From Bdellovibrionota bacterium (GTDB lineage: Bacteria; Bdellovibrionota; UBA1018; CAIPTA01; JAALKR01), in the NCBI GenBank assembly GCA_965207455.1, contig CBDBMJ010000001.1:1-64000 (forward strand): a DNA stretch of 64,000 nucleotides, written 5' to 3'. Both the position numbers and the translations under genes were made by a program. How positions within the stretch are numbered: position 1 is the stretch's first letter; every line of letters begins with the position of its first letter. The notes beneath the pieces were generated by a model. The model worked only from the letters and a program-made list of their open reading frames with translations, did not search any database and was not told the origin of the DNA. Shown here in pieces: positions 9,520 to 21,197 of the stretch.

Positions 9520-10683
9520 ATGATTAAGGTCTTTTGTGGGCAGGTTTTATTCTCCTACTTTTTGCTGGTGTTCTTTTTTGCCGAGGCATGGGCATACCCT
9601 AATTTTATTGGATATGGTTATACTTCCTGTAGGACATGTCACTATAACCCTTATGGCAATGGTCCTCTTACCGACTATGGAAGAGCCCTATCTGCCACGG
9701 CAATTTCAAACAGGTGGTTTATTCATGGCAGGGATAAAGCCGAAGAGCAGATTGCTGAACACAGCGCCTTTCTTTATGGAAAACCATTGAATAATTGGCT
9801 TCGACCCTCTCTTGATTATAGGGGATTGGAACTTGCTCGCGGTGTAAATAGGGATGAGATAAAGTATAAGACAATTCATATGCAGGCAGACCTTAACGGT
9901 GTGATTCGATTCGACGGAACAGATAAATACATTGCCTCTATTTCTTTTGGTTACGCACCAACACCGCAGGGGCAAAGGGATGTTGGTAACTACAGGTCAA
10001 GAGAACACTATGTGGGTATTCGACCGAATCAGAGCTATGGCATTTACATTGGAATGATGGATAAAGTATTTGGGATTCGTCTGCCCGATCACATTGCGTT
10101 TAGTCGGTCTATAACAGGACTGGCTCAAAATGATCAGGCCCATGGAGTTTTGTTTCATTATGCAACAGAGGAATTGGAACTTGGACTGCATTCTTTTTTA
10201 GGAAACCTTACGCAAGATTCTGACCTACGACAAAAAGGCGTTTCTGCAAAAATTGAATATGCGTTCTCTAATAAATTTAAACCTGGGGTGTCCGTACTTC
10301 GATCGGAATCAGAACATGTAAGCAATTTAATATTTGCTGTACATTCTAAAATGGGTTTTTCAAAAGGATCCAGTTCTTTGCTGGAGTTTGGTGTGAAAAA
10401 TCAAGAAATTCTTTCCGCTGGAGTGGATACTCAATCGCTGTATGGATTATTACAAAATCACCTGCTCTTAGACCGAGGTGTTTTTACACTCTTTACCTTT
10501 GAATATTTCAAGCCGAACGTAGAGGAGGAAAGCAGAATATTTCGTTTTGGCCCGGGGATTCAGATATTCCCCTTTCAAGGGGTTGAGGTCAGGTTGGATA
10601 TATATAACACGAAAAGTTTTAGTAATACATCAGCCACAAAGGATAGCTGGAACGTGGGAGGGCAACTGCATTTATGGTTTTAA
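9520..10683 (+). CDS. Outer-membrane beta-barrel with an N-terminal monoheme cytochrome c motif (Cyc2-like architecture)
   Basis: Signal peptide, then YPNF..CRTCH..LTDYGR; amphipathic strands; C-terminal LHLWF. Confidence 0.7.
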   Translation: MIKVFCGQVLFSYFLLVFFFAEAWAYPNFIGYGYTSCRTCHYNPYGNGPLTDYGRALSATAISNRWFIHGRDKAEEQIAEHSAFLYGKPLNNWLRPSLDYRGLELARGVNRDEIKYKTIHMQADLNGVIRFDGTDKYIASISFGYAPTPQGQRDVGNYRSREHYVGIRPNQSYGIYIGMMDKVFGIRLPDHIAFSRSITGLAQNDQAHGVLFHYATEELELGLHSFLGNLTQDSDLRQKGVSAKIEYAFSNKFKPGVSVLRSESEHVSNLIFAVHSKMGFSKGSSSLLEFGVKNQEILSAGVDTQSLYGLLQNHLLLDRGVFTLFTFEYFKPNVEEESRIFRFGPGIQIFPFQGVEVRLDIYNTKSFSNTSATKDSWNVGGQLHLWF

Positions 10684-11522
10684 TAAGATGTAAACAACTC
10701 TTCCTTTTCCTGCTTCTCCATATATTCTGCCTTGTCTCCCATGGGCAAACAAAGAGTAACGCTGGACTGATGGCAGCCATTGATGCGCAAGTTAATCAGG
10801 AATTCTCCTCCTATTCAAACCTGCTCTCTCTCGAAGAAATTCCATTAAAATACCAAATTCTCCTTTTTAAAAAAGCCTCATACTTGGTGAAAAGAATTGA
10901 AACAACAAATAGTATCAGTCCTGGTGAGAAAAAATTATTGCAGGAGATATTTACAAAGGCGGATGACTTTGATGACTCCATTGATGATTATGATTTCGAT
11001 GAGCTTTCAGAAAAGTCCGATGCAGTGTTGCTGCTTCTTGAGAAGAAAGTTTTTCAATTAAAACATTTTGGAAACATTTCATTTATTACATGGAACTACC
11101 AGCTAGAACTCGTCGACGGATCAAACAGTGGACCGTTATATTCCAAGGAGCAAGGTATTTGCCTAGGTGGCGGAGCTTCTTATTCCAATTCGTATTGGGG
11201 TATTTCAACAGATATCTGTTACGCCCATTTGGATGCAACCGTTGCTAAGGATTTAAGCGAAACTAACGAGATAGAGTATAGAACAAATACGACCTCTGCA
11301 AATGCCGTCCTGTTGAAATCCATTGCTTACTGGAGGCCGAAAGAAGATATCAGTATTGGCTTGGGACCATTAGTGGTTTATCATAATACTAATCATTTTT
11401 CTTACGGGTGGATAATGGATGCCACATGGACTTGGGATAATTATAATGTAAGCCTTAGAATGGGCGATATAAAAAATTACAGTTCCAGTGTTTGGCAAAT
11501 GGGCGTTGGAACTATTTTTTAG
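10674..11522 (+). CDS. Hypothetical exported protein with a probable C-terminal beta-barrel
   Basis: Signal peptide; alternating aromatic/Gly strands; ends in GVGTIF; overlaps the upstream gene. Confidence 0.55.
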   Translation: MVLIRCKQLFLFLLLHIFCLVSHGQTKSNAGLMAAIDAQVNQEFSSYSNLLSLEEIPLKYQILLFKKASYLVKRIETTNSISPGEKKLLQEIFTKADDFDDSIDDYDFDELSEKSDAVLLLLEKKVFQLKHFGNISFITWNYQLELVDGSNSGPLYSKEQGICLGGGASYSNSYWGISTDICYAHLDATVAKDLSETNEIEYRTNTTSANAVLLKSIAYWRPKEDISIGLGPLVVYHNTNHFSYGWIMDATWTWDNYNVSLRMGDIKNYSSSVWQMGVGTIF

Positions 11523-11887
11523 TTTTCTATGCTGTTTATCCAGTCGACTATTTTTGCTAAATCTTCGTCGGATATTTGAGGGTTATCTTTTGGCATATTC
11601 CCTCCGTTATTTTTCAGTTTTGTCACCAATCTTGAGTTAGCTGCATCCCCAGCGTTTACCAATCCCGAAGTGACCCATGCCTGCTCTGTTTGACGGCTTT
11701 CCCAAGAGTTATGTTTTCCAGTATGACAAGATATGCAGTTTGTTTTTAATACCTCATAGGCTTCGGCAAATTTTCCTTCCATTTCTCCCGGGGGTGGCAT
11801 CAAAGATGACCCAGGCGATAGAGTCTCCGCTGAACTTCCACCACAGGAACTAACAATAAAAGCACTTAATAGAAATAGAATCTTCAT
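11519..11887 (-). CDS. Monoheme cytochrome c lipoprotein
   Basis: Lipobox VSSC; CISCH; distal GGNMP; WIN C-terminus. Confidence 0.8.
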   Translation of the reverse strand: MKILFLLSAFIVSSCGGSSAETLSPGSSLMPPPGEMEGKFAEAYEVLKTNCISCHTGKHNSWESRQTEQAWVTSGLVNAGDAANSRLVTKLKNNGGNMPKDNPQISDEDLAKIVDWINSIEN

Positions 11888-11978
11888 ATTTCTTAGTTTA
11901 TCGTCGATGGAAACACAATTCAAGGTTTCGTACTACACGCCTTATAACGTGTAAGTGGGATAACGTATGCGGTGGAGG

Positions 11979-12356
11979 TCAGGTGCTTGGAATACCGTTT
12001 ATCCAGTCCAGTATTTTTTCAAAATCTTCATCTGAGAGTTGCTCACCCTCCTGAGGCATTTCTCCTCCTCTGTTTTGTAATTGCAGGACTAATTCTGAAC
12101 CGTCAGCATTTCCAGCTTCTATATAGTCCATCCATGCCTCATCTGTAAAATTGCTGGACCAGTGGCTGTGCTCCCCCTTATGACAAGATATGCAGTTTCT
12201 TCTTAATACTATATAAGCATTAAACAGTCGCACTCCTTGTGGTGTTGATGTGTCGATGTCGATATCTTCCGAAAACAATCGATCAGATGAGCTGGAATTC
12301 GAGGATTGAATACAGGAGCTAAGAATAAAAATACTGAGTAAAGCTAGAGATTTCAT
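11979..12356 (-). CDS. Monoheme cytochrome c lipoprotein (paralog)
   Basis: Lipobox LSSC; CISCH; GGEMP. Confidence 0.8.
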   Translation of the reverse strand: MKSLALLSIFILSSCIQSSNSSSSDRLFSEDIDIDTSTPQGVRLFNAYIVLRRNCISCHKGEHSHWSSNFTDEAWMDYIEAGNADGSELVLQLQNRGGEMPQEGEQLSDEDFEKILDWINGIPST

Positions 12357-12871
12357 TTCTTTAGCTTATACTCCATCGTTATAGTAATAGTTACAATATT
12401 TTTTACACCAACACCCATATAGCGTATTCCTGCAATTTTAAATTTATCCATTGCGAGTTTAAACTTTGCTTGCGCAAAGCGATAATTGAGCTTTTTAAAT
12501 GTAAAGGGCACTGATTGCTCTTTATTTAAAACCTTAAATAAAGCTGTTCCAGAAAATTTTTTTCCACTGGCCTTCACAAGTAAAAGCTGAGCTTTCTTGT
12601 TTTGCTCGTACCCTAGCTTCTCTTTGAGATGGGTATTTCGTAACCCGATACCTGTATCCAGTGAACGCACGGGAATCCTAATATTTTTAGCAGTAATATC
12701 ACCCGCATTCGTTATAAAAACCTTTCCTTTTATTTTTCCCGACGTGATATTGAAAGATCCAAGTGGAGATAATTGAACCTTAATGTCAATACCCTTTTTG
12801 TACTCCGCTGAGAAAGCGGAAAGAGATATAAAAAAACCAACGGCGATGGCTAGGGTTTTTAATACTTTCAT
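12353..12871 (-). CDS. YceI-family periplasmic lipid/isoprenoid-binding protein
   Basis: Signal peptide; SLDTGIGLRNTHL motif. Confidence 0.75.
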   Translation of the reverse strand: MKVLKTLAIAVGFFISLSAFSAEYKKGIDIKVQLSPLGSFNITSGKIKGKVFITNAGDITAKNIRIPVRSLDTGIGLRNTHLKEKLGYEQNKKAQLLLVKASGKKFSGTALFKVLNKEQSVPFTFKKLNYRFAQAKFKLAMDKFKIAGIRYMGVGVKNIVTITITMEYKLKK

Positions 12872-12907
12872 GATTTTAAATTACTACTGTTATCAAGGAG
12901 AGTCAAA

Positions 12908-13909
12908 TTATATCCATAAATCCAGAACAGTGTACAGGCTATAAGCAAGGAGGATATAGATGGGTAATGCTTTTCCCTGTTGCTTTTGGATCAAAAGAGT
13001 TGCCACATAAGTAACGGTGAATACTAGGAGTACGGGCAAGTGGATGGTGATGAGTTCTTTGGGCACCTTCATGACTCCAAATATCGTGAGGGCACTGGGA
13101 AGGAGGAGAATATTTAATAGGCAGGTGTGGGTGATGCTCATAATGTGTATGGATTTTTGTGTGTCGGAGGAATACAGGGAGAATATAAGGCGAATAATCC
13201 AGGGGGCAAGTAGTAGAAGGGCAACAATATGTGTTCCTAGTGTGAGGGTGGAGATTCCAAGCTTGGTTGCGTTTGTTGTGATCCAATAAACTAGGGGTAG
13301 GGCGAGTAGAAAAGCAAACAGGAAAAACCCTAAGCCCATGCATAGAAAGGCGAGTCCGGGGAGGGTGCTGTTTTTAAATTCTTTGGGCACGGGTCGGGAG
13401 TTTCGTTGGTAGTATTTCCAGTCGCTGGAGAAGGTGCGGAAATAGAAGGCGTAGGCTAGGGCAAGAATACACAGCACCACAGCCTCAGGGAAAGTGATTT
13501 GATTGTCGAGACAAGTGAGTACAAAGGCGAAGGTGGCAAAGAATAAAAAAAGAGGGCTAGACATGGTTCGTATACGAAAAAAAGTTAGGGGCCCGCTCAG
13601 GAGGGCAAGGCCAAAGAGCAGTCCCAGGGCAGTGGTATTGCTTCCCACCATGGCGCCCAAGATTAGATCGGTGGATACTTTTTCCTGTCCCTTGAGTAAA
13701 AATAAGCTAGCGAGGGAGAAGGACAGGAGGGGAATCATGCCGCCAAAGGCCCAAGAAAATAGGGAAACTTTCGTCCACGCAGGGGATTGTTTTCCTGTGG
13801 TGGGGGGCCAGGTTCGTAGAAAAGTGGAAAAGTGGCGGAAGCTAGCGGCCGAGAGTTCAGAAAAGAGTATAAGGAGCACTAGGGCCAGCGCAGCAATTAA
13901 TGTGAGCAA
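12908..13909 (-). CDS. Polytopic membrane protein, Ca2+/Na+ antiporter (YrbG/CaCA)-like, divergent
   Basis: About 10 hydrophobic segments; GAMVGSN resembles the CaCA alpha-repeat. Confidence 0.55.
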   Translation of the reverse strand: MLTLIAALALVLLILFSELSAASFRHFSTFLRTWPPTTGKQSPAWTKVSLFSWAFGGMIPLLSFSLASLFLLKGQEKVSTDLILGAMVGSNTTALGLLFGLALLSGPLTFFRIRTMSSPLFLFFATFAFVLTCLDNQITFPEAVVLCILALAYAFYFRTFSSDWKYYQRNSRPVPKEFKNSTLPGLAFLCMGLGFFLFAFLLALPLVYWITTNATKLGISTLTLGTHIVALLLLAPWIIRLIFSLYSSDTQKSIHIMSITHTCLLNILLLPSALTIFGVMKVPKELITIHLPVLLVFTVTYVATLLIQKQQGKALPIYILLAYSLYTVLDLWI

Positions 13910-13974
13910 ATTGTATACCCTTCTTTGTAGTCCCCGTGTTTCATGGGGGAAATTCTATGCTATAATTATTTTTT

Positions 13975-14706
13975 ATGGAAGGTGAAATCCAGGGCACTAT
14001 GAATGGGCGAAAAGAGCAAGAGTGCCATCTCTTACCCCACTTTCCCGGTCACAAGGAGAAAGTGAAAATTCTTTTCGACGGGGTCCAAAAAAATAGAGTC
14101 CAAAAAAATGAGACCCAAGGAAAAGTCTTTGCCCTAAAGAATATTTCCCTAGACGAGGTGGCAGTGGAGCTGCTGGCCTCAGAGGAGCCCCTTCCCCTTT
14201 CCAAGGGAGAACGCTGCAAGGCAGAAGTTCAATTGATGGACCAAGTCTATCCATTGGATCTGGAGGTTTTATCCGTTCAGGAGGATTCGGCCCATTTTCG
14301 TATTTTTGATCTGGAGGAGGAAGTCAAGGATGCGGTTTTGCAAGTCCTGGATCCTCGCTACATCGCGCGTAGTTTACAGGAGATTTCCATCGACCTTGTT
14401 CCTGAAAACTTTGGTGAGGGGATTACCCAGTGGTTTCATGGCAATATCAACTCGGACCTGTATATTTGGAAAATGAATTCGGGTACTTGGTTGCGAGTGG
14501 TACTGGCGTGGAATGGTTGCTTTTGGGAGTGGTCTGAGGCCAAGGGAGTGCGTACAGGAAATTTAGATAGGGACGCTAAGGGGCGGGGGCGCATGGCCTA
14601 TCATTCCAAGCCGTTGCATCGTATTCAGCACCAGACTAGAAAAATCCTTGAGAATATGGAGGCATTGGACTACCGTTTGGTGGAATTCCTTTTAGGGCAT
14701 TTATAG
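13975..14706 (+). CDS. Hypothetical protein (possible PilZ-like N-terminal half)
   Basis: 243-aa ORF at the head of the glpX operon; LKNISLDEVAVEL resembles PilZ D/NxSxxG only weakly. Confidence 0.5.
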   Translation: MEGEIQGTMNGRKEQECHLLPHFPGHKEKVKILFDGVQKNRVQKNETQGKVFALKNISLDEVAVELLASEEPLPLSKGERCKAEVQLMDQVYPLDLEVLSVQEDSAHFRIFDLEEEVKDAVLQVLDPRYIARSLQEISIDLVPENFGEGITQWFHGNINSDLYIWKMNSGTWLRVVLAWNGCFWEWSEAKGVRTGNLDRDAKGRGRMAYHSKPLHRIQHQTRKILENMEALDYRLVEFLLGHL

Positions 14707-14736
14707 TTTGTCATTTTTTATAGAAAGGCCTTTCCC

Positions 14737-15690
14737 ATGAATAGAAACTTTGCTTTGGAGTTTGTTCGAGTAACAGAGATTGCGGCTATCAGCAGTGCCC
14801 GCTGGGTGGGTCGTGGCGACGAAAAGGAAGCGGATCAGGCTGCAGTTACCTCCATGCGGAAGATGTTTCAGTCTATTGATTTTTCTGGAGAGGTTGTGAT
14901 TGGAGAGGGAGAGCGAGACAGGGCTCCCATGCTATATATTGGAGAAAAAGTGGGTTCGGGGAAGGGGCCCAACTTGGATTTAGCACTGGACCCTTTAGAG
15001 GGAACCACCATTTGTGCCCATGGCGGGAATAACGCCCTATCCGTGATTGCCATTGCGGACAAGGGAAATTTTCTGCACGCTCCGGATACATATATGGAAA
15101 AGATTGCGGTTGGTCCGGAGGCTGCCACTGCCATTAGTTTAGAGCGAACGCCTACGGAAAATTTAAAGAACATTGCTAGGGCGAAAAAAAAAGAGGTGAG
15201 TAATTTAACGGTGGTGGTTTTGGATCGTCCACGTCATGAGTTTCTTATTAAGGAAGTTCGGGCCACGGGAGCTAGGATTAATTTAATCCAAGACGGAGAT
15301 GTGAGTGCGGCTATTTCCACGGCCACGGCGAATTCTGGGGTAGATGTTTTGATGGGTACGGGTGGAGCTCCTGAGGGTGTTATTTCAGCGGCAGCTTTGC
15401 GGTGTTTGGGAGGCGCTATGTATGGTCGACTGTGTTTTCGTAATCCGGAAGAGGTGAGTAGGGCCAAAAAAATGGGAATTCAGGATATGGATAAAATTTA
15501 TTCCATGAACGAGATGGCCAATGGAAACGTAATGTTTTGTGCTACGGGGGTGACTGCGGGTCATTTCTTAGACGGAGTTGTATTTACTTCCCAAGGGGCA
15601 AAGACCCATTCCATGGTTATGCGATCAGAGACGGGAACCATTCGACACATTCGTGCCGAGCATGTATTTGATCGAAAGCCTGGATTGTAA
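14737..15690 (+). CDS. glpX: Class II fructose-1,6-bisphosphatase
   Basis: VIGEGERDRAPMLYIGE, DPLEGT, APDTYM, GGAPEGV. Confidence 0.97.
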   Translation: MNRNFALEFVRVTEIAAISSARWVGRGDEKEADQAAVTSMRKMFQSIDFSGEVVIGEGERDRAPMLYIGEKVGSGKGPNLDLALDPLEGTTICAHGGNNALSVIAIADKGNFLHAPDTYMEKIAVGPEAATAISLERTPTENLKNIARAKKKEVSNLTVVVLDRPRHEFLIKEVRATGARINLIQDGDVSAAISTATANSGVDVLMGTGGAPEGVISAAALRCLGGAMYGRLCFRNPEEVSRAKKMGIQDMDKIYSMNEMANGNVMFCATGVTAGHFLDGVVFTSQGAKTHSMVMRSETGTIRHIRAEHVFDRKPGL

Positions 15691-15725
15691 CAAATAGATG
15701 AAATAAGCAGAGAAGGAGAAAAAAA

Positions 15726-16184
15726 ATGTCAAAAGCATCTAGAAAAAAAGTAATGAACGTGTCCATGGAGGATCTTTGGGACGTTATTACCGACTATGAG
15801 AGCTATCCTGATTTTGTGGACACTGTGGAATCCCTTGAGGTCTTGGGAAGAAGGGGCAACAAGGTAACAGCAGAGTATGAAGTAAATATGGTGAAAAAAA
15901 TCACTTATACCTTGGAGCACACTGAGACGAAGCCCAACAAGATGACGTGGAAGATGATAGAGGGAGAGTTATTCACCAGCAACGATGGTGGTTGGAAGTT
16001 AAAGAGTATGGGTGAGAACAAGGTGGAGGCTGAGTATTTTGTGGACGTGGGGCTTCCCCTATTTGTTCCCAAGTCCATTATAAAGGGGCTGGTGGGCCAG
16101 AGTTTGCCAGAGATGTTGGAAAAATTTGAGGCCAGAGCAAAAGCCAGAGCAAAAAAAGGACCAAAGAAAGGACCAAAGGCCTAG
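15726..16184 (+). CDS. SRPBCC/polyketide cyclase-like (RatA/Coq10-type) protein
   Basis: LWDVITDYESYPDFV..NDGGW; SD aaggag. Confidence 0.8.
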   Translation: MSKASRKKVMNVSMEDLWDVITDYESYPDFVDTVESLEVLGRRGNKVTAEYEVNMVKKITYTLEHTETKPNKMTWKMIEGELFTSNDGGWKLKSMGENKVEAEYFVDVGLPLFVPKSIIKGLVGQSLPEMLEKFEARAKARAKKGPKKGPKA

Positions 16185-16208
16185 AGCCCTTGGATACACA
16201 CACACACT

Positions 16209-17618
16209 ATGAAGGAGCAAGCCCTAGAAAAATCCTACTTCATCAAGACCTTTGGTTGTCAGATGAATCATCATGACACGGATCGTATGTCCTTCCTGCT
16301 CCAAGAAAATGGCTATACACCGTCGAAAGAAATGAGAGACGCCAATTTAATTTTATTTAATACCTGTTCCATTCGGGATAAGGCTCACAACAAGGGTGTG
16401 TCCAGTTTGGGTATGATGTGCAAGTTGAAAAGAAGCCGGCCCCATTTAAAGTTAGGTTTTACGGGTTGTGTGGCCCAACATGAAAAAAGTCGAGTGTTTA
16501 AAAAATTTCCTGAATTGAATTTTGTTTTAGGTACGGATAATATCGACGCTCTTCCTGAAGTGCTATACCGCATGGATCGAGGAGAAAAAAACATTTCGCT
16601 CACGGGCTTTGATCCGTCGCAAAATTATTCCATAGAAACCAAGGTGCTTCCTGGAAGTGCTTCCGTTTTTATGAACATTATGAAGGGTTGTGATAATTTC
16701 TGTACGTACTGTATTGTTCCCTTTACCCGGGGACGGGAGAAGAGCCGACGACTGGGAGAAGTGGTGGCAGACATCGAGCAGTTTTTATTGAAGGACGTTG
16801 TGGAGGTGACCCTCTTGGGTCAGAATGTAAACTCCTATGGAAAAAGTTTGGGTGGAGAAAAAGAAGGTCAAACCTTCCCCCTTCTCCTTCGTGCCATTGA
16901 GAAAATGGCAGATCGTTTGGACAGAGAGGGAGTTACGGATCCCACGGGAAAGGATGGAAAGCCACGCGGGTTACGTCGATTGCGTTATACCACTTCCCAT
17001 CCCAAGGATTTTGATGAGGAGATGATCGCTTGTCACAAGGATTTAAAGCGATTGGTTCCCCACCTGCACCTGCCGGTGCAATCCGGCTCTGAGGCAGTGT
17101 TAAAGCGAATGAAACGTTTTCTTCCCATAGGTGTCTATCTCGACCGAATCCAAAAGCTCCGCGCCCATGTTCCTGGAATTTCTATTACTACGGACATGAT
17201 TGTGGGTTTCTCAGGGGAAACTCAGCAAGAGTTTGAGGAAACAATGGATTTGATTAATACGGTTCAGTTTAATGGAATTTATGCTTACACCTATTCTCCC
17301 AGACCGGGCACGAAGGCCATAGCCTTAGGAGATACGGTGCCCGACGAGGTGAAAAAAGAACGTCTTCATTGTTTGCACCGTCGTCAACGGCAAATTCAAG
17401 AGGAGAAAAATGCAATACTGGAGGGGAAAGTAATGGAAGTATTGGTTGAGGGTGCTTCGAAAAGTAATGCCACCTTTGCCACAGGTCGTATTCCTCAGTG
17501 GACAACGGTTAATTTTTCTGCGGGTGATGCCGTAACCATTTCAAAAATGAAGGGTAGGTTTTTGCCCGTACGAATTATATCCTCTACGGCGTTTGCCCTC
17601 CAAGGACAGTTATTATGA
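16209..17618 (+). CDS. miaB: tRNA-2-methylthio-N6-isopentenyladenosine synthase
   Basis: KTFGCQMN, NTCSIR, radical SAM GCDNFCTYC, HLPVQSGS, YSPRPGT. Confidence 0.95.
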   Translation: MKEQALEKSYFIKTFGCQMNHHDTDRMSFLLQENGYTPSKEMRDANLILFNTCSIRDKAHNKGVSSLGMMCKLKRSRPHLKLGFTGCVAQHEKSRVFKKFPELNFVLGTDNIDALPEVLYRMDRGEKNISLTGFDPSQNYSIETKVLPGSASVFMNIMKGCDNFCTYCIVPFTRGREKSRRLGEVVADIEQFLLKDVVEVTLLGQNVNSYGKSLGGEKEGQTFPLLLRAIEKMADRLDREGVTDPTGKDGKPRGLRRLRYTTSHPKDFDEEMIACHKDLKRLVPHLHLPVQSGSEAVLKRMKRFLPIGVYLDRIQKLRAHVPGISITTDMIVGFSGETQQEFEETMDLINTVQFNGIYAYTYSPRPGTKAIALGDTVPDEVKKERLHCLHRRQRQIQEEKNAILEGKVMEVLVEGASKSNATFATGRIPQWTTVNFSAGDAVTISKMKGRFLPVRIISSTAFALQGQLL

Positions 17619-18145
17619 TTGCATCGGTAAAGGGGTTCACACCCAAAATCCATAAAAGTGTATTCGTGGCTCCAAGTGCCGACGTGATGGGCGACGTAAC
17701 CATCGGTGAGCATTCCAGCATTTGGTTTCAATCCGTACTTCGTGGAGATGTTCACTGGATTCGTATTGGAAGTCATACAAATATTCAAGATGGCTGTGTC
17801 CTCCATGTCACGAATGGGCAGTTTCCCCTATCCATTGGATCCAGGGTTACGGTAGGTCACAAAGCTTGTCTCCATGGTTGTACCATCGAGGATGATAGCT
17901 TAATTGGCATGGGATCTGTGGTATTGGACAACGCCATTATTCGCTCCGGTTCCATGGTAGCTGCAGGAGCACTGGTAACTCCAGGCAAGGATTTCCCTTC
18001 CAACTCTTTGATTAAGGGCAGTCCTGCCAAGGCCGTACGTACTTTGACTCCGGAGGAGCGTACGCTGTTTATAGAAGAGGGCTGGCAGGGTTATTGTGCG
18101 AACCTAAAGGATTTTCAAAATACTTTTCAGCTCATAGAATCTTAA
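17615..18145 (+). CDS. Gamma-carbonic anhydrase family hexapeptide-repeat protein
   Basis: [27 protein letters not shown]. Confidence 0.92.
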   Translation: MIASVKGFTPKIHKSVFVAPSADVMGDVTIGEHSSIWFQSVLRGDVHWIRIGSHTNIQDGCVLHVTNGQFPLSIGSRVTVGHKACLHGCTIEDDSLIGMGSVVLDNAIIRSGSMVAAGALVTPGKDFPSNSLIKGSPAKAVRTLTPEERTLFIEEGWQGYCANLKDFQNTFQLIES

Positions 18146-18150
18146 AGTAA

Positions 18151-21197
<3,047 letters not shown>

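Noticed and set aside
16900..16970. Short insertion in MiaB (DRLDREGVTDPTGKDGKP) as an intein or mobile insert
   Set aside because: It is too short and has no intein motifs; most likely a surface loop.
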